Made by a program: the position numbers and the translations under genes. A DNA stretch of 64,000 nt from an uncultured Phycisphaeraceae bacterium (GTDB lineage Bacteria; Planctomycetota; Phycisphaerae; Phycisphaerales; UBA1924): the NCBI GenBank assembly GCA_964387925.1, contig CAYLXF010000007.1, positions 17,270 through 81,269 of the forward strand, written 5' to 3'. Numbering within the stretch: the stretch's first letter is position 1; every line of letters starts with the position of its first letter. Positions 8,775 through 17,157 of this stretch are shown here, piece after piece. Below the pieces are notes generated by a model. That model was not told where the DNA came from. It did no database searches and saw only the letters and a list, made by a program, of their open reading frames with translations.

Positions 8775-11134
8775 TGGCGCCCCCCGCCCCCCGCCAGCCC
8801 GGGCCCGATCCCGCCGAGCCGCGAGGCGAGGCGCTGGTCGGCGCGCGCCAGACCGAGCTGATCCTCACGGGCATCGATCGCCTGCCCACCCTGCCGGCCG
8901 TGGCCACGCGCCTGCTCTCGATCGGCAGCGCCGAGGACATCGACCTCGACGAGATCATCGCGATCATCGAGTCGGACCCGGCGATGAGCGGCACGATCCT
9001 GCGGATGTGCCGCAGCGCCGACAAGGGGCTGGGCGACAAGGTCACCACCGTCCGCCGCGCCGTGATCATGCTCGGGCCCGAGGCCGTGCGGGTCGCGGCC
9101 CTGAGCGTGCATGTCTACAAGCAGCTCGGGACCAACGCGCCCGGGGATGGCGGCTCGCTCTTCGACCGCCCCGGCTTCTGGGTCCACTCCCTGGCCGTGG
9201 CCTGCGCCGCCGAGACCATCGCGCGGGCGCACCCGGGCATGGGCGTGAGCCCCGAGCAGGCGTACCTGGCGGGGCTGCTGCACGATCTGGGCAAGCTGGC
9301 GCTGGACCTCACGCTGCCCAAGGCGTACCAGCGCGCCCTGGGCATGTCGCGCACGCGCCGCTGCGCCCTGTGCCTGGTGGAGCGCGCCATGCTGGGCATG
9401 GACCACCACACCGCGGGCAAGCGCCTGGCCGAGCACTGGAAGCTGCCCGAGCCGGTGCGCGACGCGATCTGGCTCCACGCCCAGCCCATCAGCTCGCTGC
9501 CCCAGGGCGCCAGCCGCCCCGTGGTGTCGATCGTGACGCTGGCCGAGTGCTGGGCGCGGGACATGCACCTGGGCTGGGACGGGGACCACGGCGAGCCGCT
9601 GGACCTGTTCGAGCAGTGCGCCCAGGCCGGGGTCGGCCCGGGCTTCTTCAAGGACAACGCCACGAGCGTCATCGAGGGCGTCTCGGCGCGGGGCCAGGTC
9701 CTGGGCCTGGGCGAGCACGCCCAGCAGGACCTGCTGGTGGAATCGCTCACCGGCGCCAACCAGCGCCTGGCGCAGCTCAACATGGACCTGCGCCGGCGCG
9801 CCGAGGCGGGGCGCTCGCTGGGGCGCCTGCTGGGGGCGATCGATGTCTTCCACCAATCCTGCGCCCCGTGCGACCTGCCCCAGCAGGTCCTGTGCGCCAT
9901 GGTCCAGTCCGCCGCCATGCTCGTGGGCGGCGCCCGCGGCGCGGTGATCTACCAGCACCGCGCCGACAGCCCCTGGATGACCATGATGGTCGATCAGGGC
10001 AGGGTGGCCGTCGCGCCCCGGCGCGTCACCGCTCCCCAAGCCGGGCCCGATGACGGTCCCGAGACGCCGGTGCGCCCCGGGATGCTGGCCGACGCCAACG
10101 CCGCCAGCTCCATGGAGCTGGCCAGTCTCGGCTGGCTCAAGGAGCTGTTCCTCTCGGTCCGCGAGATCGGCGCGCCCATGCTCATGGGCTCGCCCGGGGG
10201 CGCCCCGGCGGGCGAAGCGCCCCCGGGCGACGACCAGCCCTCGTTCCTGATCATCATGCCCAGGTCCGGCAGCGGGATCGAGCGCGTCGTGCTGGGGCCA
10301 GAGTTCGCCACGGTGCGGGGCCTGTGGCAGCGGGCGCTGGTGCAGGCGATCCGCTCCGAGCAGCGCAACCGCCTGGGCGAGGAGCTGGCCTCGGCCAACC
10401 ACACGATGACCGCGCTGCGCCACGAGCTGACGACCAAGGAGTCGCTGGTGCAGCTGGGCAGGATGGCCGCCGGCGCCGCCCACGAGATGAACAACCCCCT
10501 GGCGATCATCCGCGGGCGCTCCCAGCAGCTCTTCGAGCGGCTGGGCACCGAGCGCGAACGCGAGTCGGCGAGGGCCATCGCGGCCGCCAGCGACCAGCTC
10601 TCGGATCTGATCACCTCGCTGCACCTGATCGCCGACCCGCCCAGGCCGCACCTGGCGCCGGGCGACCCGGTGCTGATGGCGCGCCAGGCGATCGAGATCG
10701 CGCGCGACCGATGTCACACGCAAAAGCTGCGCCCCCGCATCCAGCTCAAGAGCGAGGGGCATGTCGCCTCGGTGCTCATGGACATCGACCTGCTCGCCCA
10801 GGCGCTGGCCGAGCCGATCATCAATGCGGTGCAGGCGAATCCTCAGGCGATCGTGACGGTTTGCATTGAACCGGGGCTGACAAACGACCGACTGAGTATC
10901 CGGATCAACGACCAGGGCCCGGGCTTCACCGAGCAGACGATCAGGCACGCCTTCGACCCCTTCTTCTCCCAGCTGCCCGCCGGACGCCGTTCGGGCCTGG
11001 GCCTGGCTCGGGCGCGGGGGCTCATCGAGCTGCACAAGGGCGAGATCGAGCTGGGCAACAGCCAGTCGGGCGGGACCGGGGCCGAGGTCGTGATCCATCT
11101 GAACCGCGCCCACGCCGACGAGCGCGCCGCCTGA
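8774..11134 (+). CDS. cytoplasmic HDOD-domain sensor histidine kinase
   Basis: Inner ATG overlapping the regulator stop (cTGATGg). HDOD: LPTLPAVATRLLSIGSAEDIDLDEIIAIIESDPAMSGTILRMCRSA…AGLLHDLGKLAL. HisKA H-box: AAGAAHEMNNPLAII. HATPase: NDQGPGF…GLGLARARGLIELHKGEIEL. No TM segments. Confidence 0.85.
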   Translation: MAPPAPRQPGPDPAEPRGEALVGARQTELILTGIDRLPTLPAVATRLLSIGSAEDIDLDEIIAIIESDPAMSGTILRMCRSADKGLGDKVTTVRRAVIMLGPEAVRVAALSVHVYKQLGTNAPGDGGSLFDRPGFWVHSLAVACAAETIARAHPGMGVSPEQAYLAGLLHDLGKLALDLTLPKAYQRALGMSRTRRCALCLVERAMLGMDHHTAGKRLAEHWKLPEPVRDAIWLHAQPISSLPQGASRPVVSIVTLAECWARDMHLGWDGDHGEPLDLFEQCAQAGVGPGFFKDNATSVIEGVSARGQVLGLGEHAQQDLLVESLTGANQRLAQLNMDLRRRAEAGRSLGRLLGAIDVFHQSCAPCDLPQQVLCAMVQSAAMLVGGARGAVIYQHRADSPWMTMMVDQGRVAVAPRRVTAPQAGPDDGPETPVRPGMLADANAASSMELASLGWLKELFLSVREIGAPMLMGSPGGAPAGEAPPGDDQPSFLIIMPRSGSGIERVVLGPEFATVRGLWQRALVQAIRSEQRNRLGEELASANHTMTALRHELTTKESLVQLGRMAAGAAHEMNNPLAIIRGRSQQLFERLGTERERESARAIAAASDQLSDLITSLHLIADPPRPHLAPGDPVLMARQAIEIARDRCHTQKLRPRIQLKSEGHVASVLMDIDLLAQALAEPIINAVQANPQAIVTVCIEPGLTNDRLSIRINDQGPGFTEQTIRHAFDPFFSQLPAGRRSGLGLARARGLIELHKGEIELGNSQSGGTGAEVVIHLNRAHADERAA

Positions 11135-11172
11135 AACCGACCGAGACGCCCAAGAGCAGAGAGCGACGACCG

Positions 11173-12360
11173 ATGGAACGACACCGCCAGACCAGACCAC
11201 ACGGGATCACCGCCCAGCCGATCGACGCCGCGGTCGACGAGGCGCCCGGCGACGAGCCGCGCGTCCGCGTCCTGGCCGTCACGCCCCGCGCCTCGGTGCG
11301 ACGGCGCCTCTCCTCCATGCTCCACGGGCAGGCCGAATCGCTGGTCTTCGCCGACGACGGGCCGGCCGCGATCGAGCGGGTCTCCACGGGCGCCTGCGAT
11401 CTGGTCATCATCGAACGCGCACTGCCGGGCGCCGACGGCATCGACCTGCTTGGCCGCTTGTGCGCCAACCACCCCGCCCTGGTGGGGGTCATCGTGGGCC
11501 GGGTCGAGACCACCGAGGACGCCGTCCGGGCCATGCGCGCCGGGGCGTGCGATGTGATCTCGATCCAGTCCCGCAGCGCCCAGACGGCCAGCCGCCTGCT
11601 CGAGACCGTCAGGCGCGCCCAGCGCATCCGCCAGAGCGACGCGCGGGCCGACCGGCTCAAGAAGCTCTGCAGCAGGCTCAACCACGCGCGACAGGAGGTC
11701 AGCGGGCAGGTGGGCGGCCTGTGCAACGACCTGGTCGAGGCCTACAGGGACCTCTCCGAGCAGCTGGGCGAGGTCCGCCTCGCCACCGAGCTCGGGACGA
11801 TCATGCGCCAGGAGCTGGACATCGAGTCGCTGCTGCGCACCATGCTCGAGTTCACCCTGGGCAAGGTCGGATCGACCAACGCCGCCGTCTTCCTCCCCAC
11901 CAGCGCCGGCGACTACTCGCTGGGCGCGTATGTGAACTACGACATCCCCAGGCAGAGCGCCGAGGTGATGCTCGACCAGCTCGCCGACTCCCTGGCGCCG
12001 CGCTTCGAGGGCGTCACCGAGGTCGTCTCGCTGTGCGGGCGCGCCGACATGGACGAGGCGCTGGGCGGCGACGCCCACTGGCTCGGGGACTCGGCCGCCC
12101 TGGTCGTCTCCTGCGAGCACGAGGACGAGTGCCTCGCGGTGCTGGGCCTGTTCCGCAATCAGAACAACCCCTTCGACGAGGAGGATGCCCGGACCCTCTC
12201 GATCATTGCCCGGATCTTCGGGCAGCAGCTCGGACGCGTGATCCAGGTCCATCACCGACACCTCCCCAAGGACCAGTGGGGGGCCATCGACACCACCGCC
12301 TACGACGACGGGGACGACGACGACTTCTTCTCGGCGGGCGACTACGGCTTGGCGGCCTGA
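11173..12360 (+). CDS. pseudo-receiver + GAF-like domain protein
   Basis: Receiver-like N-terminus lacks the acidic pair (VLAVTPRAS) and has Glu at the acceptor position (DLVIIERALPGADG). A coiled-coil linker follows, then a GAF-like C-terminal half (ELDIESLLRTMLEFTLGKVGSTNAAVFLP…LAVLGLFRNQNNPFDEEDARTLSIIARIFGQQL). Confidence 0.75.
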   Translation: MERHRQTRPHGITAQPIDAAVDEAPGDEPRVRVLAVTPRASVRRRLSSMLHGQAESLVFADDGPAAIERVSTGACDLVIIERALPGADGIDLLGRLCANHPALVGVIVGRVETTEDAVRAMRAGACDVISIQSRSAQTASRLLETVRRAQRIRQSDARADRLKKLCSRLNHARQEVSGQVGGLCNDLVEAYRDLSEQLGEVRLATELGTIMRQELDIESLLRTMLEFTLGKVGSTNAAVFLPTSAGDYSLGAYVNYDIPRQSAEVMLDQLADSLAPRFEGVTEVVSLCGRADMDEALGGDAHWLGDSAALVVSCEHEDECLAVLGLFRNQNNPFDEEDARTLSIIARIFGQQLGRVIQVHHRHLPKDQWGAIDTTAYDDGDDDDFFSAGDYGLAA

Positions 12361-12539
12361 TCCCCGGGGCGACGGCCTCATACCCCAGAACACCGCCTGA
12401 AACCTGGGCGTCCATGCTCCCAATACGGTTCCTGAGGCGCTCTCTCCTCGCGAGAGCAGCGGCCCGGGGTCTTCCAGCCGCGCACCGTCGTGCGCGGTAC
12501 ACTGTCCCCGCGGCTCAAAGCGTCCGCGGGAGACGACCC

Positions 12540-13163
12540 ATGATGGACATGCTCTTCGGCGACCTCGCCCCCTGGTTCACCGCCCCGGCGCTCCTGGGGA
12601 CCGGGTTCCTGCTGATCCAGCTTCTGCTGGGCGAGATCGGCGGCGACACCGACCTGGATATCCACGCCGACGCCCATGTGGGGGGCCACGCCGACGGGAC
12701 CGGCCACGCCGACCATCCGGGGCACGAGTTCGGCATCCTGAGCATCCAGTCCCTGTCGGCCTTCTTCATGGGATACGGCTGGATCGGCCTGGGGGCCTAC
12801 CGCTTCCTCGGGCTGGATTTCACCGGCGCCGCGTTCCTCGCCGTCGCCGCCGGGGCGGCGGTCGCATGGCTCATGGTCACCCTGCTGCGCTCGATGCTGC
12901 GCCTTCAGAACAACACCAATGTCTCCATCACCCAGGCGAGCGGATTGGTGGGGGAGGTGTATGTCACCGTCCCGCCCGCCGGGACCGGACGCGGCGAGGT
13001 GGTGCTGGTCATCAACAACGCCCGCCATACCTATTTCGCCATCCAGGAGGGCGAGGGGAGCCAAACCCCCATCGTCACCCACACCCGCGTCCGGGTCGTT
13101 CGCGCCGATACGACGAGCAATATCGTCATCGTCGAACCCGCGGCCGAGCCGCGCGCCACATGA
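12540..13163 (+). CDS. NfeD/YqiJ-like membrane protein (flotillin partner)
   Basis: C-terminal 207 aa of track ORF 11460-13163, starting at MMDMLFGDL. It has TM helices, a His/Asp-rich loop (DLDIHADAHVGGHADGTGHADHPGHE) and a C-terminal OB-like beta domain (GLVGEVYVTVPPAGTGRGEVVLVINNARHTYFAI). It lies immediately upstream of flotillin, like yqiJ-yqiK. Confidence 0.75.
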   Translation: MMDMLFGDLAPWFTAPALLGTGFLLIQLLLGEIGGDTDLDIHADAHVGGHADGTGHADHPGHEFGILSIQSLSAFFMGYGWIGLGAYRFLGLDFTGAAFLAVAAGAAVAWLMVTLLRSMLRLQNNTNVSITQASGLVGEVYVTVPPAGTGRGEVVLVINNARHTYFAIQEGEGSQTPIVTHTRVRVVRADTTSNIVIVEPAAEPRAT

Positions 13164-13202
13164 CCGATCGTCACGCACACCGACCCGAGAGAAGGAGAAT
13201 CA

Positions 13203-14810
13203 ATGCGCCCATCGCTGCTGCTGGCCCAGGCCCAACCGGGCGACAACCCCGGACTGTTCATCATCATCGCCGTCGCCGTGGCCCTGTTCGTCTTCCTGTT
13301 CGTCGTTCTGTTCCTGGCGGCCCGCTACCGGCGCTGCCCGTCGAACCGGATCCTGGTCATCTGGGGCACGGGCTCCAAATCGTCGGCCCAGTGCTTCCAC
13401 GGCGGGGGCAAGTTCGTCTGGCCCGTGCTCCAGGACTACGCGTACATGAGCCTGGAGCCGCTGGTCATCGAGATCCCCCTGGAGGGCGCCCTGTCGCTCA
13501 ACAACATCCGGGTGAATGTCCCCTCGACCTTCACCGTGGGCCTCTCCAAGGACCCGGTGCTGATGAGCAACGCCGCCGAGCGCCTGCTGGGGCTCACCCA
13601 GCACCAGATCCAGGAGCAGGCGCAGGACATCATCCTCGGCCAGCTGCGCCTGGTGATTGCGACGCTGTCAATCGAGGAGATCAACAAGGACCGCGAGAAG
13701 TTCATGTCGCTGGTCAACGAGAATGTGGCCGAGGAGATCAACAAGATCGGGCTGCTCTTGATCAATGTGAACATCCGCGACATCACCGACTCGTCGGGGT
13801 ACATCGAGGCCATCGGCAAGCGCGCCGCGGCCGAGGCGATCAACCGCGCGAAGGTGGAGGTCGCCCAGCAGGAGCGCGAGGGCGCCGTGGGCGAGGCGCA
13901 GGCGGTGCGTGAGCGCAATGTCCGCGTCGCCGAGGAGCGGGCGCTGGCCGAGCAGGGGCAGAAGAACGCCGAGCAGCAGCAGCGCATCGCCGTGGCCCAG
14001 CTCGAGGCCCAGGCGGTGACGGGCGAGGTGGAGTCCCGCCGCGATCAGGAGATCGCCACCGCCGAGCGCCTGGCCGAGACCATCGCCGCCAAGAAGCGCG
14101 CCGAGCAGGAGCAGCGCGTCCAGGTGGCCAGTGCCGAGGCCTTGGCGGTCGACGGCGAGAACACCAGCAGCGCCAAGGTCGCCCAGTCTAACGCAGAGCT
14201 GGCCGAGATCCGCGCCGAGGCGTCGCGCCGAGCCGATGTCGCCTCGGCCACCGCGCGCCAGAAGATATTCGTCGCCCAGCGCGAGGAGGAACTCGCCCGC
14301 CTGGCCAAGGAGACCCTGGCCCCCCAGGAGATCGAGAAGAAGCGCATCGAGATCGACGCCGAGGCCCACGCCGAGCGCGCCCGGCGCGAGGCGCGGGGCG
14401 AGGCGGACGCGATCCTGGCCCGCTACGAGGCCGAGGCCAAGGGCGTCCAGCAGGTCCTCGAGGCCAAGGCCGAGGGATACCGCAAGCTCGTCGAGGCCTG
14501 CGCCGCCAACCCCCAGGTCGCTCCCACGCTGCTGATGATCGAGAAGCTCCCCGAACTCGTCGCCCAGCAGGTCAAGGCGATCTCGAATCTCAAGATCGAC
14601 AAGATCACCGTCTGGGACTCGGGATCGGGCAAGGACGGCAAGAACGCCACCGCCGATTTTCTCTCCGGGATGATCGGCTCGCTGCCCCAGGTCCACGAGC
14701 TGGCCAAACAAGCCGGCATCGACCTGCCCGGCGCCCTGGGACGGGTGGTGGAGCACGAATCACCGCCCCCCCGGTCCAAGCCGGCGCCCAACGAGCCGCC
14801 CAAGAACTGA
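13203..14810 (+). CDS. flotillin / SPFH (band 7) domain protein, YqiK/FloT-like
   Basis: N-terminal TM, then an SPFH core (…EPLVIEIPLEGALSLNNIRVNVPSTFTVGL…LRLVIATLSIEEINKDREKF…), then a long Ala/Glu-rich flotillin-type coiled coil. AAGGAG Shine-Dalgarno before the ATG. Confidence 0.9.
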   Translation: MRPSLLLAQAQPGDNPGLFIIIAVAVALFVFLFVVLFLAARYRRCPSNRILVIWGTGSKSSAQCFHGGGKFVWPVLQDYAYMSLEPLVIEIPLEGALSLNNIRVNVPSTFTVGLSKDPVLMSNAAERLLGLTQHQIQEQAQDIILGQLRLVIATLSIEEINKDREKFMSLVNENVAEEINKIGLLLINVNIRDITDSSGYIEAIGKRAAAEAINRAKVEVAQQEREGAVGEAQAVRERNVRVAEERALAEQGQKNAEQQQRIAVAQLEAQAVTGEVESRRDQEIATAERLAETIAAKKRAEQEQRVQVASAEALAVDGENTSSAKVAQSNAELAEIRAEASRRADVASATARQKIFVAQREEELARLAKETLAPQEIEKKRIEIDAEAHAERARREARGEADAILARYEAEAKGVQQVLEAKAEGYRKLVEACAANPQVAPTLLMIEKLPELVAQQVKAISNLKIDKITVWDSGSGKDGKNATADFLSGMIGSLPQVHELAKQAGIDLPGALGRVVEHESPPPRSKPAPNEPPKN

Positions 14811-14842
14811 CGCCGCGTCGGCGCGGGTAAAGATGCGATCAC

Positions 14843-14866
14843 GCCCCGGGCTGACCGGGGCTTTTT
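14843..14866 (+). terminator. intrinsic terminator after flotillin
   Basis: GCCCCGG-gctga-CCGGGGC followed by TTTTT, 33 nt after the stop. Confidence 0.7.
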
Positions 14867-14875
14867 CGTCGCGGG

Positions 14876-16366
14876 TCAGACCGTGAATCGTCCCGTCTCG
14901 GTCGCCAGGTCGTCGGCGGTGCGGACCAGATTATCGCACGCCGCCGCCGACTGCTCGGCGGCCGCGCTGACCTCGTGCACCGAGCGGGTGATGCTCTCGA
15001 TGTCCTGGCTCACCTGCTGCACGCCCACGACGATGCGTTCGAGATTCCCCGCCGCCCCGGTGGCCAGCTCGCCGTTGCGGGCCGCCTGCTCGACCGTGAC
15101 GCGCATGCGCCCCGCCGCGTCGCGGGCGTTGATGCGGAAATGCTCGATGGCGGTCTTGATCTCGCCGGCGGCCGTCAGCGAGCGGTCCGCCAGCTTGCGG
15201 ACCTCGTCGGCCACCACCGCGAAGCCCCGCCCCTGCTCGCCCGCACGCGCGGCCTCGATAGCCGCGTTGAGCGCCAGCAGGTTGGTCTGGTCGGCGATGT
15301 CCCCGATCGTCTGCACGAAGGCCGCGATCGTCTCGCTGGCGTCCACGAACTCGGACACGGCCCGCTCGGACTCGACGATCTGGCCGCGGATGACCGCGAT
15401 GTTCTCGATGGTCTGGGCGATGACCTTGCCTCCCTCGCGCGCCGTTTCCCAGGCCTCCTGGGCGCGGGCGCTGGCCGCCTCGGCCCGCTCGCGGATGCTG
15501 TGGCTGATGCCCGAGGTCTCCTCGGCGGCCCCGGCGATCTGCATCGATGCCTCGCGGGTCCGCTCGGACGCCCGGGCGATGCCGTGGATCGTGCGCCGCA
15601 TCGAGTCGAGGAATCCCTGCACCGAGGTCGCGATCGCCGAGAGCCCGGACCCCGAGCCGATGACGATGGGGCGCGTGAGGTCGTTGGTGTTCTCGATGCG
15701 GACCAGCTGCACGCCCAGCTCGTCGGCGGCGGCGCGGATCGCGGCCGCCGTCTCGTCGAGCTGCGCCTCACGCATCGCCGAGGCCCGCATGTCCGTGAGC
15801 GAGTTGCGGGTCATGCAGATCAGGAACCCGACCTCCGAGGCGAGCCAGACCGTGTGCTCGAGCCAACGCAGGCGGCTGGCGTTGACCACGCCGTAGATCG
15901 ACTGCGTCCAGAACATCCCGCGGAAGAAATGGTCCAGCGCGGCGAGCACGGTGGCGGCCACCAGCACCCGCCAGTCGCGGTACAGCGACAGGATCGCCAT
16001 GGAGGCGAAGTAATGGAAATGGAACTCGATGCGCCCGCCCCCGACATGCACGAACAGCCCACCCATCAGCGCGTAGGCGATGCCCATGGTGATGCGCGTG
16101 GCCGAGTCGCCCGGACGCAGCCACGCCAGAGCCGCCGGCAGCGACGCGATCAACCCTCCGAGCACGACCGACGCGATGAGATGATTGTTGAGCGACGGGC
16201 TGGCCCCGATCCAGGTCCTGGGCGTCACGAGCAGCGCCAGGGCGATGAGGATGACCCACTGCCCCAGCAGCGCCGAGCCCAGCAGGCGGTCGCCCTTGCG
16301 CCACAGCGAGAGGCACGCGTCGTCGTAGAGCCCGGCGGCCGTCGGGGTGAGTTCCTGCGTCTTCAT
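14876..16366 (-). CDS. methyl-accepting chemotaxis protein-type transducer with a 6-TM His-rich membrane sensor module
   Basis: MCP signalling hairpin: [41 protein letters not shown]. The N-terminal ~190 aa form six predicted TM helices with conserved-looking His ([28 protein letters not shown]). No HAMP or periplasmic domain is evident. Confidence 0.9.
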   Translation of the reverse strand: MKTQELTPTAAGLYDDACLSLWRKGDRLLGSALLGQWVILIALALLVTPRTWIGASPSLNNHLIASVVLGGLIASLPAALAWLRPGDSATRITMGIAYALMGGLFVHVGGGRIEFHFHYFASMAILSLYRDWRVLVAATVLAALDHFFRGMFWTQSIYGVVNASRLRWLEHTVWLASEVGFLICMTRNSLTDMRASAMREAQLDETAAAIRAAADELGVQLVRIENTNDLTRPIVIGSGSGLSAIATSVQGFLDSMRRTIHGIARASERTREASMQIAGAAEETSGISHSIRERAEAASARAQEAWETAREGGKVIAQTIENIAVIRGQIVESERAVSEFVDASETIAAFVQTIGDIADQTNLLALNAAIEAARAGEQGRGFAVVADEVRKLADRSLTAAGEIKTAIEHFRINARDAAGRMRVTVEQAARNGELATGAAGNLERIVVGVQQVSQDIESITRSVHEVSAAAEQSAAACDNLVRTADDLATETGRFTV

Positions 16367-17004
16367 GGTTCGGTTTCTTCCGGTTGGAGACAGACGGCCC
16401 CGGGCCCGCCCTCACACAGCGGGCAGCCGTACACCGGCGCCCGCGTGGCGACCGGGGCTCCGCCCGCCAGCAGCGCGCTCAGCGCGGCGCTTCCCGTGTT
16501 GGGCCCCACATGGGCCCGGGTGGGAGTGAGCCCGCCCGAGTACAGCAGCTCGCCCGCCCGCGAGTACAGCACCGCGTGCCCCGAGGTCAACGCCCCGAAG
16601 CGCGAAGCGATCCGGGAGCCGGGATCGGCGAGAAGCTCGGTGTCGGGAAGTCGCCAGAGCGATGCGGAGATCGCCGTGCGGGCGAAGCGCTCGGCCTCAT
16701 CGCGACCGCCCCCGCTCTCGGGCTCGAACACCAGCGCGACGGTGCGGGGGCGATCCTCGGCGCGGCCCAGCACACCCGCCAGCTCTTCGATCGTCGAGCG
16801 TGTGCAGGGGCAGCGGGGATGAACCGCCAGCAGCAGCGTGGGGCGGTCGGGGTCCAGGATGAGCGGCGCGTCGGCGGGCCACCGATCGGGGACGGCCCCG
16901 ACCGCGCCGGGCGCCGAGCCGTAACGGCCGAGCATCCCCAGGCCCGTGCCGATGGCGCCAAGCCAGAGTGCAATGACGATGATGATCCAGCGGCTTGACG
17001 ACAT
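16363..17004 (-). CDS. membrane-anchored thioredoxin-fold-like protein (CxC motif)
   Basis: Inner ATG ([21 protein letters not shown], signal anchor). [19 protein letters not shown] resembles a redox-fold active-site position, and the protein has a C-terminal …[10 protein letters not shown]. Its stop overlaps the MCP start (ATGA). Family assignment is tentative. Confidence 0.55.
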   Translation of the reverse strand: MSSSRWIIIVIALWLGAIGTGLGMLGRYGSAPGAVGAVPDRWPADAPLILDPDRPTLLLAVHPRCPCTRSTIEELAGVLGRAEDRPRTVALVFEPESGGGRDEAERFARTAISASLWRLPDTELLADPGSRIASRFGALTSGHAVLYSRAGELLYSGGLTPTRAHVGPNTGSAALSALLAGGAPVATRAPVYGCPLCEGGPGAVCLQPEETEP

Positions 17005-17157
17005 GGACGCTCCCGGGAGCGCTGTATCGTCCTGTAAACTCGCCCGCTGAACGCCAACCCGCAAGATCACGACGCGCGAGCCCGGCCCCGGCGGGGCGGG
17101 GAGGCGTCGGAGCGAAGTCATGTGTTATCGGGCGCTGCCCGGGGCGGTTGCCCCCGA

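Noticed and set aside
8555-11200. 881-aa minus-strand ORF opposite the HDOD-histidine kinase. The same class includes 4425-6224(-), 14975-16822(+), 17122-19254(+), 34776-37520(+), 44756-47320(-), 45910-48258(+), 47666-49537(-), 48421-50313(+), 57261-59363(+) and 60218-62197(+).
   Set aside because: All are low-complexity R/G/A/P/D-rich translations that mirror or overlap, in another frame, genes with unambiguous catalytic motifs. They have no signal peptides, TM patterns or conserved motifs.
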